Source: an uncultured Chloroflexia bacterium (lineage in GTDB: Bacteria > Chloroflexota > Limnocylindria > Limnocylindrales > CSP1-4). Taken from it: a stretch of 64,000 nt of DNA. Under the pieces are notes generated by a model. The model saw nothing but the letters and a program-made list of their open reading frames with translations. It did no database searches and was not told the origin of the DNA. Made by a program: the position numbers and the translations under genes. Shown here in pieces: positions 59,408 through 64,000 of the stretch (positions within the stretch are counted from its first letter, which is position 1; every line of letters starts with the position of its first letter). The stretch covers positions 352,001 through 416,000 of the forward strand of contig CAWFXA010000003.1 of the NCBI GenBank assembly GCA_963819655.1, in the 5' to 3' direction.

Positions 59408-60654
59408 CGGTGGCCCGCGCCGGCTGGCCGTCGCCGGCCGATTTCGGGGTCGCGCCCAGCGCCGCCGACATCACTCGTTGGGAGGACGCCGACCGCTCAG
59501 CCAGGCCGGCCAGGCTCGCCCGTCTGCGCGCCCGATTCGCGGATGCGGGCATCGACGCCTACTACGGCGTCCGCCGCGAGCACATGCGTTATCTCACCGG
59601 TTTCACGCTCGCGGAGGGCGAGGAGAGGATGGCCGGAAACTCGGGCCAGTTCCTCGTCGGGGGCGACGACGTCGTGGTCTTCGCCGATTCGCGGTACGCG
59701 ATCCAGGCCCGACGCGAGGCGCCGGAGGCCCGCCTCGAGGCCGTCTACGGCGACCTGCCGTCGCGCTGGCGGGACCTCGTCGGCTCGATCGGGGCGCGGC
59801 GGGTCGGGGTCGAGGCCGGGTTCGTCCCGCACGCCGTGTGGGCCCGGCTCGCGGCCGCGGCTCCGGACGTCGACCTCGTCCCGATCGAGGGTTGGATCGA
59901 AGGCGACCGGGCGACGAAGGAGCCGTCCGAGATCGAGCGCATCGCGGCCGCCTGTGCGGTCGCCGACCGTGCCCTGGCGACGCTGCTCCCTGACATCGTG
60001 CCGGGCGCGACCGAGGCCGCTCTCGCACTTCGCCTGGAGTGGCTGATCCGCACCGGCGGAGCCGAGGCGCTGGCCTTCGACGTGGCCTGTCTGTCCGGTC
60101 CGGAAGCGGCGCTGCCGCACGGCGCCCCGGGCGATCGACCCGTGCGCGACGGCGCGGTCCTGCTGTTCGACTTCGGGGCGCAGGTCGCCGGTTACCGGAG
60201 CGACATGACGCGAACGCTGTTCGTCGGTGAGCCCCTCGCGCGCGATCTCGACGTGTACGAGCTCGTCGCACGGGCACAGGCAGAGGCGATCGGGGCGCTC
60301 CAGGAGGCGGTCGAGCGGGTCGGGGCCGGGGTAGGGGAATTACCCTCCGGTCGGGCTGTGGACGGGGTGGCCCGAGACGTCATCGCCGCCGGCGGACACT
60401 TCGACCACTTCGGCCACGGTCTGGGCCACGGCATCGGGCTCGCGACGCACGAAGCTCCCTCGCTGAGCGTGCGAGCGCCCGAGACGCCGCTCCCGAGCCC
60501 GACCGTGTTCTCGATAGAGCCGGGCGTCTATCTCGACGGCGAGACCGGCGTCCGGATCGAGGATCTGGTCACCATCGACACGGGCGCCGGGCGCCTCGAG
60601 CGCCTCACCCGTTTCCCCCGCGAGGTCGTGGTGGTGGGCGGGGACGTCCGCTAG
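59404..60654 (+). CDS. Xaa-Pro aminopeptidase (M24 family)
   Basis: YLTGF, DSRY, ALPHG, DFGA...GYRSDMTRT, HGLGHGIG...HE, EPGVY, GVRIED. Confidence 0.93.
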   Translation: MTVARAGWPSPADFGVAPSAADITRWEDADRSARPARLARLRARFADAGIDAYYGVRREHMRYLTGFTLAEGEERMAGNSGQFLVGGDDVVVFADSRYAIQARREAPEARLEAVYGDLPSRWRDLVGSIGARRVGVEAGFVPHAVWARLAAAAPDVDLVPIEGWIEGDRATKEPSEIERIAAACAVADRALATLLPDIVPGATEAALALRLEWLIRTGGAEALAFDVACLSGPEAALPHGAPGDRPVRDGAVLLFDFGAQVAGYRSDMTRTLFVGEPLARDLDVYELVARAQAEAIGALQEAVERVGAGVGELPSGRAVDGVARDVIAAGGHFDHFGHGLGHGIGLATHEAPSLSVRAPETPLPSPTVFSIEPGVYLDGETGVRIEDLVTIDTGAGRLERLTRFPREVVVVGGDVR

Positions 60655-62975
60655 GCTGGCCCGCGTCCGCTACTGGCGCCGAGCTCGACGAGGGTCGCCT
60701 CGAGGGCGGACACGAAGACCGGCACCTCGGCCGTGGTGAAGCCCAGCGGTGGGCGGACCTTGAGCACGTTCCCGTTCCGGCCGCATGTGCCGATCAGCAC
60801 GCCGTGCCGGCGCAGACCCTCCTTGATCGCCGACGCGGACGGGGCGTCGGCCACCTCGACGCCGATCGCCAGACCCGCGCCGCGCACGTCGACGATGACG
60901 GGGTCGTCCCCGGCCTTCTCGCGGAGCGCGTCACGCAGCGCTCGGCCTGTTTTGGTGACCCGCTCGAGGACTCGCTCGTCCTCCAGCACGTCGAGCACCG
61001 CGAGCGCCGCTGCCGCCGACACGGGATTGCCGCCGAACGTGCTGAAGAACACGGTCTCGTCCGCGAAGCGCGCCGCGATCTCGCGCCGTGTGATGACCGC
61101 CCCGACCGGATGTCCGTTGCCCATCGGCTTGCCGAGCGTCACGAGATCCGGGGTGATGCCGAGGCGCTGGAACGACCACATCGCCTCGCCGACCCGCCCG
61201 TGACCGCCCTGGACCTCGTCGGCGATCCACAGCCCACCGGCGGCATGGGTCCGCTCGACCCACGCGGCGGCCAGCGCGGGCTCGACGTCCAGGAAGCCAT
61301 CGCTCGTGAGGACGCTGTCGAGGATGACCGCCGCCGGTGCGAGTCCGCGGCCGGCCAGCCGCTCCAGGGCGTCCGCGAACGGGGCCTCGTCGAGATCCGT
61401 CCCGTGCAGTCGATCGGGTGGTGACCACGTCTCGACGTGGTCCGGCCTTCGCCGTGCCTGCCACGACTCGGGCGACAGGGCGGCCGTTGCTTCGGTCACG
61501 CCGTGATACGCGAAGACCGTGCACAGCGCGCCGTCGTTGCCTGTCTGCGCCGTCGCCAGGCGCCAGGCCATGTCGTTCGCCTCGGACCCGGAGTTGACGA
61601 ACATGACCGTGTCGAGGCCCGAATCGGGCGGCATCAGCGCGATGAGCCGCTCGGCGAGCTCGATGGCCGCGGGGTGCAGATAGCGCATGTTGGTGTTGAG
61701 TCGGCGACCCTGTCGCGCGATCGCCTCGGCCACCCGCGGGTGGCCATGCCCGACACACGGCACGTTGTTGTAGGCATCGAGGTAGCGCCGCCCGTCGGCG
61801 GCGGTCATCCACACGCCACTGGCGCTGACGACGTGGATCGGCTCGGCGTAGGTGAGTGGCTCGATCGCCGGACCGAGCGCAGCTTCCCGCCGAGCGGCCA
61901 GGCCGGCGTCGGGGAGGTCCCCGACATCCGCCCCGAGTCGCCGCGCCACCTCGTCCCAGCCGACCGCGAGCAGCGTCTCGATCGTCCGCGCGACGGGGCC
62001 GTTGTAGCGCTCCGCGAACGTCGCGTCCTCGAGTCCACGTTCCGAGCGCCACGACGAGATCGCGATCGTGACGGCCGCCCGCGCGGCCAGCAGCTCCCCG
62101 AGGAGCCGCAGTTCGACCGGTTCGAGCGGCGTCACGCGCTGATAGCCGTCGAGGATCAGCCGCGCCGCGCGGAAGAGCTCGTCGCCGTCCCGGTCGTTGA
62201 GTAGCGAATCGAGGAGCGACGCGAGGTCGGTGACGAGCGCGCTGTGGCTCATGTCGCCGAAGTCGACCACCCCACTGATGAGGCCGGTGTCGTCGGCGAG
62301 GGCGTTGTCGGTGGTCAGGTCGCCGTGAACGACCTGGGCGCGGAGCGACGGCCAGACGGGCACGACCGTCGTTTCGAATCGGTCCAGGACCTCTTCGACC
62401 AATCGCCGGTGGCGTTCGTCGCGGATCGAGCCGAGCAGCTCGCGTGACTGCGCGGCGTGCTGGACATCCCACAGCATCGTCCGCTGGGCGGCGGGATGGA
62501 AGAAACCGCGCAGCGCGCGACCGATGCGGGCCGCCATCTCGCCCCAGCCTGCAAGCGCCGCGTCGGACAGGTCCAGGGCGTCGATGCGAGCGCGGCCCGG
62601 CAGAACCGAATACATCCGCACGTGGTGCTCGCCATCGTCGGCGCGGACGCTCGCCCGCCGCGCACTCGGGTCACCGGATCCGGGAGACGCTCCGGGGATC
62701 AGCCGCGGGATGGCCAGCGGCAGCTCCGGATCGACCCGCGTGGCGTGGAGGACCGCCAGTGCCTCCATGTCGAGGGTCGCTGGGTCTTCGGCGGCATTCG
62801 ACACCTTCATGACCGCCAGCGGCGTGTCGTCGGGGCCGCGTAGGAGGAACGTCTGGTCGCGTTCACTGCCCAGGTCACGCGCGGCGGCGGCCTCGACATC
62901 GAAGGTCTGCCGGGCGATGTCGACGGCAGCGGCGGCATCGAACGCCGGGCGGGCAGCGGCGAGGACAGGGTCCAT
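60651..62975 (-). CDS. APH-like phosphotransferase fused to class III PLP aminotransferase/phospho-lyase
   Basis: SERDQ, HGD.T.DN, DFGD kinase motifs; [36 protein letters not shown]. Confidence 0.9.
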   Translation of the reverse strand: MDPVLAAARPAFDAAAAVDIARQTFDVEAAAARDLGSERDQTFLLRGPDDTPLAVMKVSNAAEDPATLDMEALAVLHATRVDPELPLAIPRLIPGASPGSGDPSARRASVRADDGEHHVRMYSVLPGRARIDALDLSDAALAGWGEMAARIGRALRGFFHPAAQRTMLWDVQHAAQSRELLGSIRDERHRRLVEEVLDRFETTVVPVWPSLRAQVVHGDLTTDNALADDTGLISGVVDFGDMSHSALVTDLASLLDSLLNDRDGDELFRAARLILDGYQRVTPLEPVELRLLGELLAARAAVTIAISSWRSERGLEDATFAERYNGPVARTIETLLAVGWDEVARRLGADVGDLPDAGLAARREAALGPAIEPLTYAEPIHVVSASGVWMTAADGRRYLDAYNNVPCVGHGHPRVAEAIARQGRRLNTNMRYLHPAAIELAERLIALMPPDSGLDTVMFVNSGSEANDMAWRLATAQTGNDGALCTVFAYHGVTEATAALSPESWQARRRPDHVETWSPPDRLHGTDLDEAPFADALERLAGRGLAPAAVILDSVLTSDGFLDVEPALAAAWVERTHAAGGLWIADEVQGGHGRVGEAMWSFQRLGITPDLVTLGKPMGNGHPVGAVITRREIAARFADETVFFSTFGGNPVSAAAALAVLDVLEDERVLERVTKTGRALRDALREKAGDDPVIVDVRGAGLAIGVEVADAPSASAIKEGLRRHGVLIGTCGRNGNVLKVRPPLGFTTAEVPVFVSALEATLVELGASSGRGPA

Positions 62976-63076
62976 GGTCAGCGCATGGTAGCGGCTAGAA
63001 TGGGCGCCTCATCCCGAACGACCAGCGGTCCGTCTGCCCCTGCGCGGCGGACCGAGCCCAGGAGCCATCCACCGAC

Positions 63077-63634
63077 ATGATCAGCACCGGAGAACTGCGA
63101 AAGGGCGTCACCATCGAGCTCGACGGCGAGCTCTGGCAGATCCTCGATTACCACCACATCAAGATGGGTCGCGGGTCCGCCCAGGTTCGCATCACGCTGC
63201 GCAACGTCAAGCGCGGCCAGACCATCGAGCGCTCGTTCCAGGCAGGGACGAAATGGCCACGCGCGCAGCTCGAGCAGCGCCCCGTCCAGTTCCTGTACCG
63301 CGATGGCGATGACTTCCACTTCATGGACAACGACACCTACGATCAGTTTCACCTCACCGCGAGCCAACTGGGCGACACCACGCAATTCCTCAAGGACGGC
63401 ATGACACTCGACCGCACGAGCTACCAGGGCGAGACCATCGGCGTCGAGCTGCCTGTGACCGTGGACCTGTCTGTCATCGACACGGAGCCCGGGTTCGCCG
63501 GGGACACCCAGACCGGCGCCCGCAAGCCGGCGACGACGGAGACCGGCCTCGTCGTCCAGGTCCCGATCTTCGTGGAGAGCGGCGACACGATCCGTATCGA
63601 CACGCGGACCGGGGAGTACCAGACGCGGATCTGA
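63077..63634 (+). CDS. efp: Elongation factor P
   Basis: KMGRGSAQV, FLY.DG, FMD..TYDQ, TEPG..GDT, KPATTETG, DTRTGEY; AGGAG SD. Confidence 0.97.
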   Translation: MISTGELRKGVTIELDGELWQILDYHHIKMGRGSAQVRITLRNVKRGQTIERSFQAGTKWPRAQLEQRPVQFLYRDGDDFHFMDNDTYDQFHLTASQLGDTTQFLKDGMTLDRTSYQGETIGVELPVTVDLSVIDTEPGFAGDTQTGARKPATTETGLVVQVPIFVESGDTIRIDTRTGEYQTRI

Positions 63635-63714
63635 TGGCCGGCCACCGCGGCATCGAAGCTGACCTGCTCGACGGCGACGACCGCTGGCGCTACATCCAGC
63701 AGGGGTTCGGATGA
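63634..63714 (+). CDS. 26-aa micro-ORF bridging efp and xseA
   Basis: TGATG overlap with efp stop and ATGA overlap with xseA start; MAGHRGIEADLLDGDDRWRYIQQGFG. Confidence 0.45.
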   Translation: MAGHRGIEADLLDGDDRWRYIQQGFG

Positions 63715-64000
63715 GCGACCGCGAGCGCAGCGCGCCACCCGACTGGGCCCTGCCGGGTTGGGACGCGGTCGATCCCGACGAGCCGGTCGTCGGGTCGCCC
63801 TCCGCGCCTCGGCGGACGGCGGGCGGCCGGCCCGCGGAAGCCGGCCCGCCCCCGGGACCGCCCTCGGGCCCGCTCGCGGCTCCCGGCACGTTCGGTCTGC
63901 GGATCCTCCAGGTCAGTGAGGTCACCCGAGCGGTCAGGACCGCGATCCGCCAGGACCCGCGCCTGGTCGACCTGTGGGTGGAAGGCGAGATCGGCCGCGT
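63711..64000 (+). CDS. xseA: Exodeoxyribonuclease VII large subunit (partial, runs off window)
   Basis: Pro-rich extension then ILQVSEVTRAVR....DLWVEGEIG. Confidence 0.8.
   Translation, partial: MSDRERSAPPDWALPGWDAVDPDEPVVGSPSAPRRTAGGRPAEAGPPPGPPSGPLAAPGTFGLRILQVSEVTRAVRTAIRQDPRLVDLWVEGEIGR

Noticed and set aside
60651-63634. Kinase/aminotransferase as an EF-P modifying enzyme
   Set aside because: EF-P here has Arg rather than Lys at the tip, and only adjacency supports a link

Overview
High-GC, densely coded bacterial chromosomal segment of mostly housekeeping genes. Gene content and gene styles suggest Chloroflexota, possibly Limnocylindria/Ellin6529-like; this is an inference, not a database result. 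The window carries tRNA-Met(CAT), ftsH, ppa, thpR, trpB2, tyrA, a CpaE-like regulator, comM-dprA, topA-xerC-murJ-femX-femX-murE-relA, hisS-aspS, typA, iscS-mnmA and alaS...ruvX-mltG-pepP, efp, xseA. No transposase, prophage or CRISPR is visible. The best candidate for an undescribed system is an orphan FtsA/actin-like ATPase plus a membrane-anchored baseplate-J-like protein (split by a 1-nt frameshift), inserted and translationally chained into the alaS-ruvX-mltG operon. Other notable features: a 3.5x 122-bp palindrome-rich non-coding tandem array, a REP/MITE-like TTCCTGCCA inverted-repeat family at two loci, a headless DnaB-like ATPase with a duplicated 3' end, a lysyl-oxidase-like protein with SLH repeats, an Arg-tipped EF-P followed by a doubly coupled 26-aa ORF, two unannotated micro zinc-finger proteins, and pervasive leaderless-type gene starts. 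All product calls come from motifs read by eye; no searches were run.
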